From a virus, in IMG/VR virus record IMGVR_UViG_3300045988_166745: a DNA stretch of 52,374 bases. The stretch is one strand, 5' to 3'. The notes under the pieces were generated by a model, which worked only from the letters and a program-made list of their open reading frames with translations, searched no databases and had not been told where the DNA came from. Below, in pieces: positions 39,295-47,950 of the stretch (positions within the stretch are counted from its first letter, which is position 1; every line of letters starts with the position of its first letter). A program made the translations under genes and the position numbers.

Positions 39295-39477
39295 TTGTGT
39301 CTGAAATGCTTCCGGTGGGGGGATAAAAATCGCTAATTGTGAATTTTTTACAGACCGGCGTCCCCTCTCACACACAAAAATCAAGGTTCAAACGGTGGAT
39401 TAACCCAGGAAATATGCAAACAAGCCGAAACCTACGAAGTTTCGGCTATTTTTCTCTCAAAAGGCAGGTGAAATCAG

Positions 39478-40038
39478 ATGGCAAAGGACGGTACAAGAAG
39501 AGGCGGCAGACGAGTTCGTGCAGGCGATAAGCCGAAAGCCCTCTCCGACAAAATCGCAGAGGGCAAGGATGCAGATATTATGGAGTTTCATGCTCCGGAA
39601 TTGGACGCAGCTGATCTGGACGATGCCGCTGATTTGACCGGTGCGGATATGCCAAGCCCCAGTGCATACTTGTCTGCCCAGCAGAAGAACGGAAAACCGC
39701 TGGGAGCAGACATTGTATACAAAGAAACGTGGCTCTGGCTGAAACAGCGTGGCTGTGAAAAGCACGTCAACAAACGGCTGCTGGAAAGCTACTCGCAGGC
39801 ATTTGCTCGATTTGTACAGTGTGAAGAAGCCCTTAGTACCTATGGACTGCTGGGAAAACACCCGACTACCGGCGGCGTTATTGCCTCTCCGTTTGTGCAG
39901 ATGAGCCAGACATTTCAGAAACAGGCAAATTTGCTCTGGTATGAGATTTTCGATATTGTGAAACAGAACTGCACGACCAAATTTGACGGTACACCACAGG
40001 ATGATTTGATGGAACAGCTTCTGAGCAGCAGAAAGTGA
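39478..40038 (+). CDS. terS: Terminase small subunit (P27 family)
   Basis: …VYKETWLWLKQRGCEKHVNKRLLESYSQAFARFVQCEEALSTYGLLGKHPTTGGVIASPFVQM. Confidence 0.8.
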   Translation: MAKDGTRRGGRRVRAGDKPKALSDKIAEGKDADIMEFHAPELDAADLDDAADLTGADMPSPSAYLSAQQKNGKPLGADIVYKETWLWLKQRGCEKHVNKRLLESYSQAFARFVQCEEALSTYGLLGKHPTTGGVIASPFVQMSQTFQKQANLLWYEIFDIVKQNCTTKFDGTPQDDLMEQLLSSRK

Positions 40039-40044
40039 GGCAGC

Positions 40045-40203
40045 ATGAAAACAGATACCCAGTTCTGGCGAGATTTGAAAGCCAATCGCCAGAAGATGAC
40101 CAAACAGCAATACCGCACAATCAAAGGACAGGCGGTCAGCGGAAAAGTGCTAGATGCCAGAAAAGGCTTACAGAAAGTTTTGAAGCGGAGGAATGGAGCA
40201 TGA
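40045..40203 (+). CDS. Small basic protein (52 aa)
   Basis: GAGG RBS. MKTDTQFWRDLKANRQKMTKQQYRTIKGQAVSGKVLDARKGLQKVLKRRNGA. ATGA overlap with the next gene. Below the ORF-track cutoff. Confidence 0.45.
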   Translation: MKTDTQFWRDLKANRQKMTKQQYRTIKGQAVSGKVLDARKGLQKVLKRRNGA

Positions 40204-41459
40204 CCACAACTACAGAATTTCAGCTTGTTGATATCAACAAGTTAGTACCCTATGCCAATAACGCCAGAACCCACAACAAGGAACAGATCCTGAAGCTTCG
40301 TTCTTCTCTGCGTGAGTTTGGTTTTGTGAATCCGGTGATTATCGACCGGGAATACAATGTGCTGGCTGGACATGGACGCATTATGGCGGCAAAGGAAGAA
40401 GGTATTGCAGAAGTACCCTGTGTGTATGCCGACCATCTGACGGAAGCACAGAAGAAAGCGTACATTCTTGCTGACAACCGGATGGCATTGGATGCCGGCT
40501 GGGACGAAGAACTGCTGTCCGTTGAAATGCAGGAGTTGCAGGAGCTCGGATTCGACCTTTCCATGACCGGATTTGATGAAAAGGAACTGACAGATCTGCT
40601 GGGTGCGGATGCAGATGGCGAGGCAAAAGAGGATGACTTCGACCTGTCCACCGCCTTAGAAAAGGCTGCATTTGTACAGCGTGGCGATGTATGGACAGTT
40701 GGCAGACACAAGCTGATGTGTGGCGATGCCACATCTGCGGAGGATGTATCTGCTCTCATGGGCGACACCAAGGCAAACCTCATTCTGACCGATCCCCCAT
40801 ATGGCGTTTCGTTCAAGAGTGCCAGCGGTCTGACCATACAGAATGACAGCATGAAGAACGAAGAATTTTATACATTCCTGCTGTCCTCCTTTCAGCGAAT
40901 GGCAGAACATCTGGAAAAAGGCGGTTCTGCCTATGTGTTCCATGCAGATACGGAAGGGCTGAATTTCAGAAAAGCTTTCATTGATGCCGGATTTCATCTT
41001 GCAGGCTGCTGCATCTGGGTAAAGGATAGTCTTGTTTTGGGTCGCTCTGATTATCAGTGGCAGCACGAACCTGTGTTGTACGGCTTTATGCAAAATGGTA
41101 AGCATCACTGGTATTCCGACCGCAAGCAGACAACCATCTGGCATTTTGACAAGCCGAAACGCAATGCCAACCACCCCACCTCCAAGCCGCTGGACTTGCT
41201 TGGCTATCCCATCGGCAATTCTACACAGGAAAATGGCGTGGTAATGGATACCTTTGGCGGCAGCGGCTCTACCCTTATGGCGTGTGAGCAGATGAACCGC
41301 ATTTGCTACACCATGGAACTGGATGAAAAATATGCCTCGGTGATTCTTCGCCGGTATGTGGAAGATACGGGAAATGCCGATGGTGTGTATGTTATTCGTG
41401 ACGGGGAGCAGATCGCATATTCTGAACTGGTGAAAGAGGTGGAAAAGCCTGATGAATAA
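40200..41459 (+). CDS. ParB-like nuclease domain fused to an N6-adenine/N4-cytosine DNA methyltransferase
   Basis: Start MTTTTEFQLVDINKLVPYANNARTH (ParB N-terminal-like). LILTDPPYG (motif IV) and DTFGGSGSTLMA (motif I) give a beta-class order. Confidence 0.85.
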   Translation: MTTTTEFQLVDINKLVPYANNARTHNKEQILKLRSSLREFGFVNPVIIDREYNVLAGHGRIMAAKEEGIAEVPCVYADHLTEAQKKAYILADNRMALDAGWDEELLSVEMQELQELGFDLSMTGFDEKELTDLLGADADGEAKEDDFDLSTALEKAAFVQRGDVWTVGRHKLMCGDATSAEDVSALMGDTKANLILTDPPYGVSFKSASGLTIQNDSMKNEEFYTFLLSSFQRMAEHLEKGGSAYVFHADTEGLNFRKAFIDAGFHLAGCCIWVKDSLVLGRSDYQWQHEPVLYGFMQNGKHHWYSDRKQTTIWHFDKPKRNANHPTSKPLDLLGYPIGNSTQENGVVMDTFGGSGSTLMACEQMNRICYTMELDEKYASVILRRYVEDTGNADGVYVIRDGEQIAYSELVKEVEKPDE

Positions 41460-43194
41460 ACCTCTCACCCTTGGCAGTCTTTTCGATGGTTCAGGAACAT
41501 TTCCAATGATGGCTATGCTTGCAGGTATTATGCCTGTCTGGAAATCAGAAATTGAACCTTTTCCTATCGCTGTAACCGAAAAGCGACTGCCGTTTGTAAA
41601 GCACCTTGGTGACATCAACAGCATCAACGGTGCAAAAATAGAGCCTGTAGATATTATCACTTTTGGCTCACCCTGTACCGACCTTTCGGTTGCAGGAAAA
41701 CGTCAGGGCTTGAATGCAGAGCGTTCAGGACTTTTCTTTCAGGCAATCAGAATCATCAAAGAAATGAGAGGTGCAACCAATGGAAAATACCCAAGATTCG
41801 CAGTGTGGGAAAACGTCACAGGTGCTTTCTCCTCAAATGGCGGAGAAGACTTCCGATGCGTCCTCGAAGAACTCTGCAAAATCAAAAACACCAACGTTTC
41901 TGTCCCTAAACCTGAAAAGTGGACAAAAGCAGGAAATATCATGGGAGATGATTTCTCTCTCGCTTGGCGTACATTCGATGCTCAGTACTGGGGTGTACCC
42001 CAGAGAAGAATGCGTATCTACCTTGTCGCAGATTTTGCAGGCGGATGTGCCTCAAAAATATTATTTGAGTCAGAAGGCGTGTCTGGGTATTCTGCGGAGA
42101 GCTTCTGTTCGTGGAAAGAAACTGCCGGAGGTTTTGGAACTTGCTCTGAAGAAACAAGCACAGGGTTAGTTTTTTCAAATCACGGGCAAGATACACGATT
42201 TAAGGGTCCTGTTGAAGTAGCGGAAACAGTTTCTGCTACATATGGAACGGGCGGAAATAATCAGCCGTTTGTGGTGGAATCATCAGTTGTTCCTGCAACG
42301 CTGAAAATACGATGTGGTCACGGAAATGGTGGACGTGGTGCTTTGATTCAGGAAAATAAATCCGCTACTCTTTCCTGCAATAACGACCAGACACTTTTCG
42401 TTCCCAAGGCATATGGTATTTGCGGAAAATACAGCAATTCCATGCTGAGTAATAATCCGAACAGCGGATTTTATGAAGCTGAAACTTCCAGAACCATTGA
42501 TACCAGCAATCAGTCACCGTGTAAAAATCAAGGAGGCATGGTTGTTGTAGAAGGAAACGGCTCACGTCCTTCACATCATGGTGACGGGTACAAGAAATCG
42601 GAAACCATGTACACGCTGAATTGCACGGAAAACCATGCAGTTTCTTACAGCATTGGCAGACCTGCCATGAATCAGAGTTACAATGCACGATTCAGTTTTC
42701 AGGTGGGAGAAGAAAAATCTCCGACACTTGTTGCGTCGGGGGCTGGCGGAATCGCTCATCCGAAATACTCTACAAGTAAAAATTCTCGCCATACTGTTGC
42801 TGAAAAGGAAAAAGCAAATACACTTGTGGCATCGGACTACAAAGACCCTCCGGTTGTCAACGACAGCACTCCTGAAATTGAATACATCGTAAGACGACTG
42901 ACACCGCAAGAGTGTGCGTTACTGCAAGGTATGCCGACTTGGTGGTGTGATGATATCGGTATTAAAAATCCGACCGAAGAACAGATTACTTGGTGGCAGA
43001 ATGTTTTTGAAACATACAACAAAGCTGTCGGTAAGATCTGCAAGCCGAAATCTCACAAGCAGATTGAAAAATGGCTGAAAAACCCATATTCCGACAGTGC
43101 AGCTTATAAAATGTGGGGAAATGGTATCGCAGCTTGCAATGCTTGGTTTGTGTTTGCCGGAATTGCTTACTATGCACAAAATGAAAGGGAATAA
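41452..43194 (+). CDS. DNA (cytosine-5)-methyltransferase with a large variable insert
   Basis: LFDGSGTF (I), GSPCTDLS (IV), WENVTG (VI), VPQRRMRIYLV (VIII), MWGNGIA (X). About 250 aa lie between motifs VIII and IX. Confidence 0.85.
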   Translation: MNKPLTLGSLFDGSGTFPMMAMLAGIMPVWKSEIEPFPIAVTEKRLPFVKHLGDINSINGAKIEPVDIITFGSPCTDLSVAGKRQGLNAERSGLFFQAIRIIKEMRGATNGKYPRFAVWENVTGAFSSNGGEDFRCVLEELCKIKNTNVSVPKPEKWTKAGNIMGDDFSLAWRTFDAQYWGVPQRRMRIYLVADFAGGCASKILFESEGVSGYSAESFCSWKETAGGFGTCSEETSTGLVFSNHGQDTRFKGPVEVAETVSATYGTGGNNQPFVVESSVVPATLKIRCGHGNGGRGALIQENKSATLSCNNDQTLFVPKAYGICGKYSNSMLSNNPNSGFYEAETSRTIDTSNQSPCKNQGGMVVVEGNGSRPSHHGDGYKKSETMYTLNCTENHAVSYSIGRPAMNQSYNARFSFQVGEEKSPTLVASGAGGIAHPKYSTSKNSRHTVAEKEKANTLVASDYKDPPVVNDSTPEIEYIVRRLTPQECALLQGMPTWWCDDIGIKNPTEEQITWWQNVFETYNKAVGKICKPKSHKQIEKWLKNPYSDSAAYKMWGNGIAACNAWFVFAGIAYYAQNERE

Positions 43195-43285
43195 TTCTAC
43201 ACATCTCACAGTTGCTATCTGTGGGGAAAAGAGTTAACATATGTACTGCCGAAAGGTAAATCACCGAAAATCGGGAGGAAAACAT

Positions 43286-43954
43286 ATGATAATTGAATTT
43301 CATCTTGCAGGAGAAAATCGAAAGAAACTGGCATGGGCGATAGCCACGATCATTGGAACAACGGCAGAATATCAGTATATGCCCACCTGTGCCTATAAAA
43401 TCGGGGAATGCTATACCGTTACCAAGTCCGGTGATCTGGAAATCAGTGACCAAGCCGACCATAAGGAAACAGAACGGCTTCTTGCCGAACTGGCAAGTCG
43501 GGGCTATGCTGTTCCGGACACCACAGAACCAGAATCCAAGGGCTTGACGGTGCAGATGCCAGCCGATTTCTTCACGGAGCATACGCTCGGTAATCTCCGG
43601 CAAATCTGCGAAAACAAGGTTGCCCTTTTTCAGGCAGCTTTTCAAACCGACTGTTTGGACATCATTCCGTCTGATGAAAAGGTGGAATTTCCATGGTTCA
43701 CGGTCGAACAGGACGGCGATGCAGATGCCTACTGCACCTTCATTTCCATGCTCTGCGAATTTGCCAAGAACCAGAGCCGCATCAACCGCAAGCCGGACAC
43801 CTCCGACAATCCCAAGTATACCATGCGGTGTTTCCTGATTCGTCTGGGAATGGTGGGTGCAGAATTCAAGGCGGCAAGAAAGGTCATTCTTCGGCATCTG
43901 TCCGGCAATTCCGCATTCAGAAAGGTTGGTGATACTGATGCAGTTTCCGAGTGA
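43286..43954 (+). CDS. ICE/phage 'virulence protein'-type protein. Shares a C-terminal motif with the amidoligase
   Basis: GGGAGG RBS lies 7 nt upstream. C-terminus DNPKYTMRCFLIRLGMVGAEFKAARKVILRHLSGNSAFRK. Confidence 0.65.
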   Translation: MIIEFHLAGENRKKLAWAIATIIGTTAEYQYMPTCAYKIGECYTVTKSGDLEISDQADHKETERLLAELASRGYAVPDTTEPESKGLTVQMPADFFTEHTLGNLRQICENKVALFQAAFQTDCLDIIPSDEKVEFPWFTVEQDGDADAYCTFISMLCEFAKNQSRINRKPDTSDNPKYTMRCFLIRLGMVGAEFKAARKVILRHLSGNSAFRKVGDTDAVSE

Positions 43955-44174
43955 ATCATATCTGGAACAGCTGCGAAAAAAGTACCCTGTCGGAACGAAA
44001 TTACAGCTGATTTCTATGCGAAATGAAACATATCCGGTTCTTCCCGGAACAGTCGGCGAGGTCACGCATATTGACGATGCGGGCAGCATTCATATGCGGT
44101 GGGAAAACGGTTCTTCCCTTGCTCTGATTCCTGAAATCGACAGTTTCCAGACCGTATCCGAGGCGAAAAAATAA
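43938..44174 (+). CDS. DUF4314-domain protein
   Basis: YPVGTKLQLISMRNETYPVLPGTVGEVTHIDDAGSIHMRWENGSSLALIPEIDSF. Confidence 0.65.
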   Translation: MQFPSESYLEQLRKKYPVGTKLQLISMRNETYPVLPGTVGEVTHIDDAGSIHMRWENGSSLALIPEIDSFQTVSEAKK

Positions 44175-44413
44175 GGCGAAACCTCCTCCATTGTACGATA
44201 TGTTACCATACAATCGCAAGAATTGCAAGAGTGTATTCTACACAATCTTTTGACCTCATTTTCTGTAGATTTAGCCACTTGCTATCTCCTCCGTTTAGAG
44301 TTAATATGGTTACAACAAAAGGGGTGCGGGTTGCCAGTGGCAACCTCTGCGAAGCAGAAGCACCGACCGAGGCGACAGCCGAGACAAAGCCCGAAACTAC
44401 GGAGGAAAACATT

Positions 44414-45352
44414 ATGAACGCTAAAACAGAAAGACAGATTGAAAACCTGAAAAATCAGACCATCGGGGTTGAAATTGAGATGAACCACATCACAAGAGAG
44501 CGAGCTGCAAAGCTTGCCGCAGACTTTTTCGGAACAGGCAGATACGAATTCACAGCAAGCCGAAACGGCTACAGCACTTGGTCGGCATGGGATGCACAGG
44601 GCAGAGAATGGAAATTCCAGAAAGACGTCAGCATTGCAGGATGCGATGCCGAAAAGTGCGAACTGGTCACGCCGATTCTGAAATACGAGGACATTGAAAC
44701 CTTGCAGGAACTGGTCAGAAAGCGCAAAGCCGGAGCAATCAGCCATGCAGGCATCGGAGCCGGAGTACACATTCACATCGGTGCCAACGGACACACACCG
44801 CAAACCCTGCGAAACCTCGCCAACCTTATGGCGAGCCACGAACGGCTGATTGCAGATGCCCTGAAAATCGACCAAGGCAGAATGAACCGATATTGCAGAA
44901 CGGTCAATCCCCAATTCATCGAACAGCTGAACCGAAAAAAGCCCACCAACATGGCACAGTTCGCAGACATCTGGTATACGGCGAACGGTGCAAATTACGG
45001 CAGAAATCAGCACTACAACGACAGCCGATACCATATGCTGAACTTCCATGCCACCTTTACAAAGGGAACAATCGAATTCAGACTTTTCCAGTTTGACAAG
45101 CCTACAGCTGAAAAGAAAAATGGACTCCATGCAGGACAATTGAAAAGTTACATTCAGCTTTGCCTTGCCCTTTCCGAAATGGCAAAGGGACTGCGAACCG
45201 CCAGCCCGAAACCACAGCAAACGGAAAACCCGAAATTCGCAATGCGAACATGGCTGATTCGGCTGGGGCTAGTTGGCGAGGAGTTCGCCACCGCCAGAAC
45301 GTTCCTTACCAGAAACTTGGACGGCGATGCAGCTTTCCGGTTCGGCAGATAA
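44414..45352 (+). CDS. Amidoligase (Amidoligase_2, glutamine synthetase-like fold) family protein
   Basis: GGAGG lies 8 nt upstream. QTIGVEIEMNHITRERAAKLAADFFG…WKFQKDVSI…CELVTPILKYEDIETLQELV…GVHIHIG…HYNDSRYHMLNFHATFTKGTIEFRLF. The C-terminal ENPKFAMRTWLIRLGLVGEEFATAR motif is also present. Confidence 0.75.
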   Translation: MNAKTERQIENLKNQTIGVEIEMNHITRERAAKLAADFFGTGRYEFTASRNGYSTWSAWDAQGREWKFQKDVSIAGCDAEKCELVTPILKYEDIETLQELVRKRKAGAISHAGIGAGVHIHIGANGHTPQTLRNLANLMASHERLIADALKIDQGRMNRYCRTVNPQFIEQLNRKKPTNMAQFADIWYTANGANYGRNQHYNDSRYHMLNFHATFTKGTIEFRLFQFDKPTAEKKNGLHAGQLKSYIQLCLALSEMAKGLRTASPKPQQTENPKFAMRTWLIRLGLVGEEFATARTFLTRNLDGDAAFRFGR

Positions 45353-45442
45353 AGGGACAGCCTTTTGCTACCAGCTACACCAGACCGCTTCGGCGGTCTT
45401 ATGGTGGTGAAAGGGTATCCCTTTCAGAAAGGATTTGATTGC

Positions 45443-45907
45443 ATGAAAAAGTTTTACCTTGCCTATGGCAGCAATCTGAACGTGAAACAGATGCAGTTCC
45501 GCTGCCCGGATGCCAAAATTGTGGGAACTGCGGAGATTCCAAATTACCAGCTGCTGTTCAAAGGCAGCAAGACCGGCTCCTATCTGACCATCGAACCCAA
45601 GCAGGGCTGTACCGTTCCGGCGGCAGTGTGGTCGGTGTCGGAACGAGATGAACTCGCTCTTGACCGCTATGAGGGGTATCCTCATTTCTACTACAAAACG
45701 GAACTGGAACTTCCCCTTGCCGAAACCGGAAAAAAGCTGACCGCCTTTGTGTACATCATGCACGAGGAACGGAAACTGGGCATCCCCACTTCTGCCTACA
45801 TCCGCACCTGTGTGGACGGATACCGCCAGTTCGGCTTTGACCTGAAACACCTGCAGAAAGCCATGGACATCAGCGAACGGGAGGTGTACCACCATGAAAA
45901 CGGATAA
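45443..45907 (+). CDS. Gamma-glutamylcyclotransferase (AIG2/GGCT-like)
   Basis: YLAYGSNLNVKQMQFRCPDAKIVGTAEIPNYQLLF…ALDRYEGYPHFYYK. Confidence 0.8.
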   Translation: MKKFYLAYGSNLNVKQMQFRCPDAKIVGTAEIPNYQLLFKGSKTGSYLTIEPKQGCTVPAAVWSVSERDELALDRYEGYPHFYYKTELELPLAETGKKLTAFVYIMHEERKLGIPTSAYIRTCVDGYRQFGFDLKHLQKAMDISEREVYHHENG

Positions 45908-46094
45908 GCCAGTTTCGGCAATCTGCCCACTTTGCGGAAAATCCTACTCCGGTGTGCCGGCACTTTCCAGAACGGACAACCAAACGACCATTTGCCCGGA
46001 CTGCGGCATTCGGCAGGCACTGGAAAGCATCGGTGTTTCCACGGAGGAACGGGAGAAAATCCTGTCTGTAATGCACCGAAAGTTCCCCATGTAA
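45894..46094 (+). CDS. Small zinc-ribbon protein
   Basis: ICPLCGKSYSGVPALSRTDNQTTICPDCGIRQAL. Confidence 0.6.
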   Translation: MKTDKPVSAICPLCGKSYSGVPALSRTDNQTTICPDCGIRQALESIGVSTEEREKILSVMHRKFPM

Positions 46095-46150
46095 CCGCCC
46101 TGTTTGCCCTGTGTGGGCTTTCAGAGCACTTGCCGAGAAACTGCCCAAAG

Positions 46151-46195
46151 TCAAGACCAGCCCCACACAGGCGAACTGTGCGGGGCTGGTCTTGA
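46151..46195 (+). other. 20-bp stem hairpin (one mismatch) with a GCGAA loop and no U-tract
   Basis: TCAAGACCAGCCCCACACAG-GCGAA-CTGTGCGGGGCTGGTCTTGA. Pairing was checked base by base and 19 of 20 pairs form. Confidence 0.7.
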
Positions 46196-46291
46196 AGTTA
46201 TAAATTCCACAAGCCGGAGCCGAAAGGCTCTGGCGGTCGTACCAAACATGGCAAACAGGTCACATCTGCACGCCATGACCATGATTTTCAA

Positions 46292-46316
46292 AGACTTGCT
46301 TCGGCAGGTCTTTTTT
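46292..46316 (+). terminator. Intrinsic terminator 17 nt upstream of the terL start
   Basis: AGACTTGC-TTCG-GCAGGTCT followed by TTTTTT. Confidence 0.7.
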
Positions 46317-46332
46317 GTTGTGAGGTGAGAGA

Positions 46333-47937
46333 ATGCGAAAACTGAAAGGCTATAAACCCACAAAATTTATGGCGGAAGATTCGCATTATAATAAAAAAGC
46401 GGCAGATTATGCCGTGAATTTTATCGAATGCCTGTGTCATACAAAAGGTACATGGGCAGGAAAAAAGTTTGAACTGATTGATTGGCAAGAACGGATCATA
46501 CGAGATATATTTGGTGTGCTGAAACCGAATGGCTATCGTCAGTTTAACACAGCTTACGTAGAAATTCCGAAAAAGCAAGGCAAATCAGAACTCGCTGCTG
46601 CGGTTGCTCTGCTGCTTACTTGCGGTGATGGCGAAGAACGTGCCGAAGTTTACGGCTGTGCTGCCGACCGCCAACAGGCCGCCATTGTATTTGACGTAGC
46701 AGCGGATATGGTGCGAATGTGTCCTGCCCTTTCCAAACGAGTGAAAATCCTGACCTCACAAAAGCGTATCGTGTATATTCCGACCAACAGCTTCTATCAG
46801 GTGCTTTCGGCAGAGGCATATTCCAAGCATGGTTTCAACATCCATGGAGTGGTGTTCGATGAACTGCATACGCAGCCAAACCGAAAGCTCTTTGATGTTA
46901 TGACCAAAGGTTCTGGTGATGCCAGAATGCAGCCTTTGTATTTTCTCATCACCACGGCTGGGACGGACACGCATTCTATTTGTTATGAAACGCATCAAAA
47001 GGCAAAAGATATTTTGGAAGGCAGAAAAATCGATCCAACATTCTATCCTGTGATTTACGGTGCAGATGAATCTGAAGACTGGACTTCTCCAGAAGTTTGG
47101 AAAAAAGCAAATCCCTCTCTTGGCATTACTGTCGGAATGGATAAAGTTGAAGCTGCTTGCAATTCTGCCAGACAAAATCCGGGTGAAGAGAACGCATTCC
47201 GACAACTGCGTTTGAATCAGTGGGTAAAACAGTCTGTTCGATGGATGCCAATGGAAAAATGGGATGCTTGTAATGCTCCTGTAATTCCAGAATTCCTTCG
47301 TGGAAGAATCTGCTACGGTGGACTTGACCTTTCCAGTACTACGGATATTACAGCTTTTGTTTTGGTGTTCCCTCCAACAGACGATGATGAGATATATTCT
47401 GTTTTGCCTTACTTCTGGCTGCCGGAGGAAACACTGCCCCTCAGAGTAAGACGTGACCATGTTCCATATGATGTATGGGAACGGCAAGGCTACCTGAAAA
47501 CGACTGAGGGAAATGTGGTTCACTATGGTTTTATCGAAAACTTCATTGAAGAACTGGGACAGAAGTTTCACATCAAAGAAATTGCTTTTGACCGTTGGGG
47601 TGCAGTGCAGATGTCGCAAAACTTAGAAGATTTGGGATTTACCTTAGTACAGTTTGGGCAGGGATATAAGGATATGAGTCCGCCCACCAAAGAACTGATG
47701 AAGCTGACATTGGAGAAAAAAATAGCACATGGTGGTCAGCCGGTTCTTCGTTGGATGATGGACAACATCTTCATCAAGCGAGATCCTGCCGGAAATATCA
47801 AGCCGGACAAAGAAAAATCCACAGAGAAGATTGACGGTGCGGTTGCCATGATTATGGCTCTTGACCGTGCAATTCGCTGTGGATGTACTGGGGATGGAAC
47901 AAGTGTTTATGACGAAAGAGATATGTTGATTTTGTAA
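46333..47937 (+). CDS. terL: Terminase large subunit
   Basis: 534 aa. GAGGTGAG RBS. …VEIPKKQGKSELAAAVALLL… and VVFDELH (Walker-type). C-terminal nuclease half with DGAVAMIMAL. Confidence 0.9.
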   Translation: MRKLKGYKPTKFMAEDSHYNKKAADYAVNFIECLCHTKGTWAGKKFELIDWQERIIRDIFGVLKPNGYRQFNTAYVEIPKKQGKSELAAAVALLLTCGDGEERAEVYGCAADRQQAAIVFDVAADMVRMCPALSKRVKILTSQKRIVYIPTNSFYQVLSAEAYSKHGFNIHGVVFDELHTQPNRKLFDVMTKGSGDARMQPLYFLITTAGTDTHSICYETHQKAKDILEGRKIDPTFYPVIYGADESEDWTSPEVWKKANPSLGITVGMDKVEAACNSARQNPGEENAFRQLRLNQWVKQSVRWMPMEKWDACNAPVIPEFLRGRICYGGLDLSSTTDITAFVLVFPPTDDDEIYSVLPYFWLPEETLPLRVRRDHVPYDVWERQGYLKTTEGNVVHYGFIENFIEELGQKFHIKEIAFDRWGAVQMSQNLEDLGFTLVQFGQGYKDMSPPTKELMKLTLEKKIAHGGQPVLRWMMDNIFIKRDPAGNIKPDKEKSTEKIDGAVAMIMALDRAIRCGCTGDGTSVYDERDMLIL

Positions 47938-47950
47938 GGAGTGAGGAATT

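Noticed and set aside
40035-40199. The long N-terminal extensions proposed by the ORF track for the ParB-methyltransferase. Similar extensions occur at 6444, 10255, 13138, 20037, 31334, 33880, 34278, 43241, 44231 and 45365
   Set aside because: The extensions overlap upstream genes or lack an RBS. Internal ATG/GTG/TTG starts with GGAGG-like sites 5-11 nt upstream, and with family-typical N-termini, were preferred.
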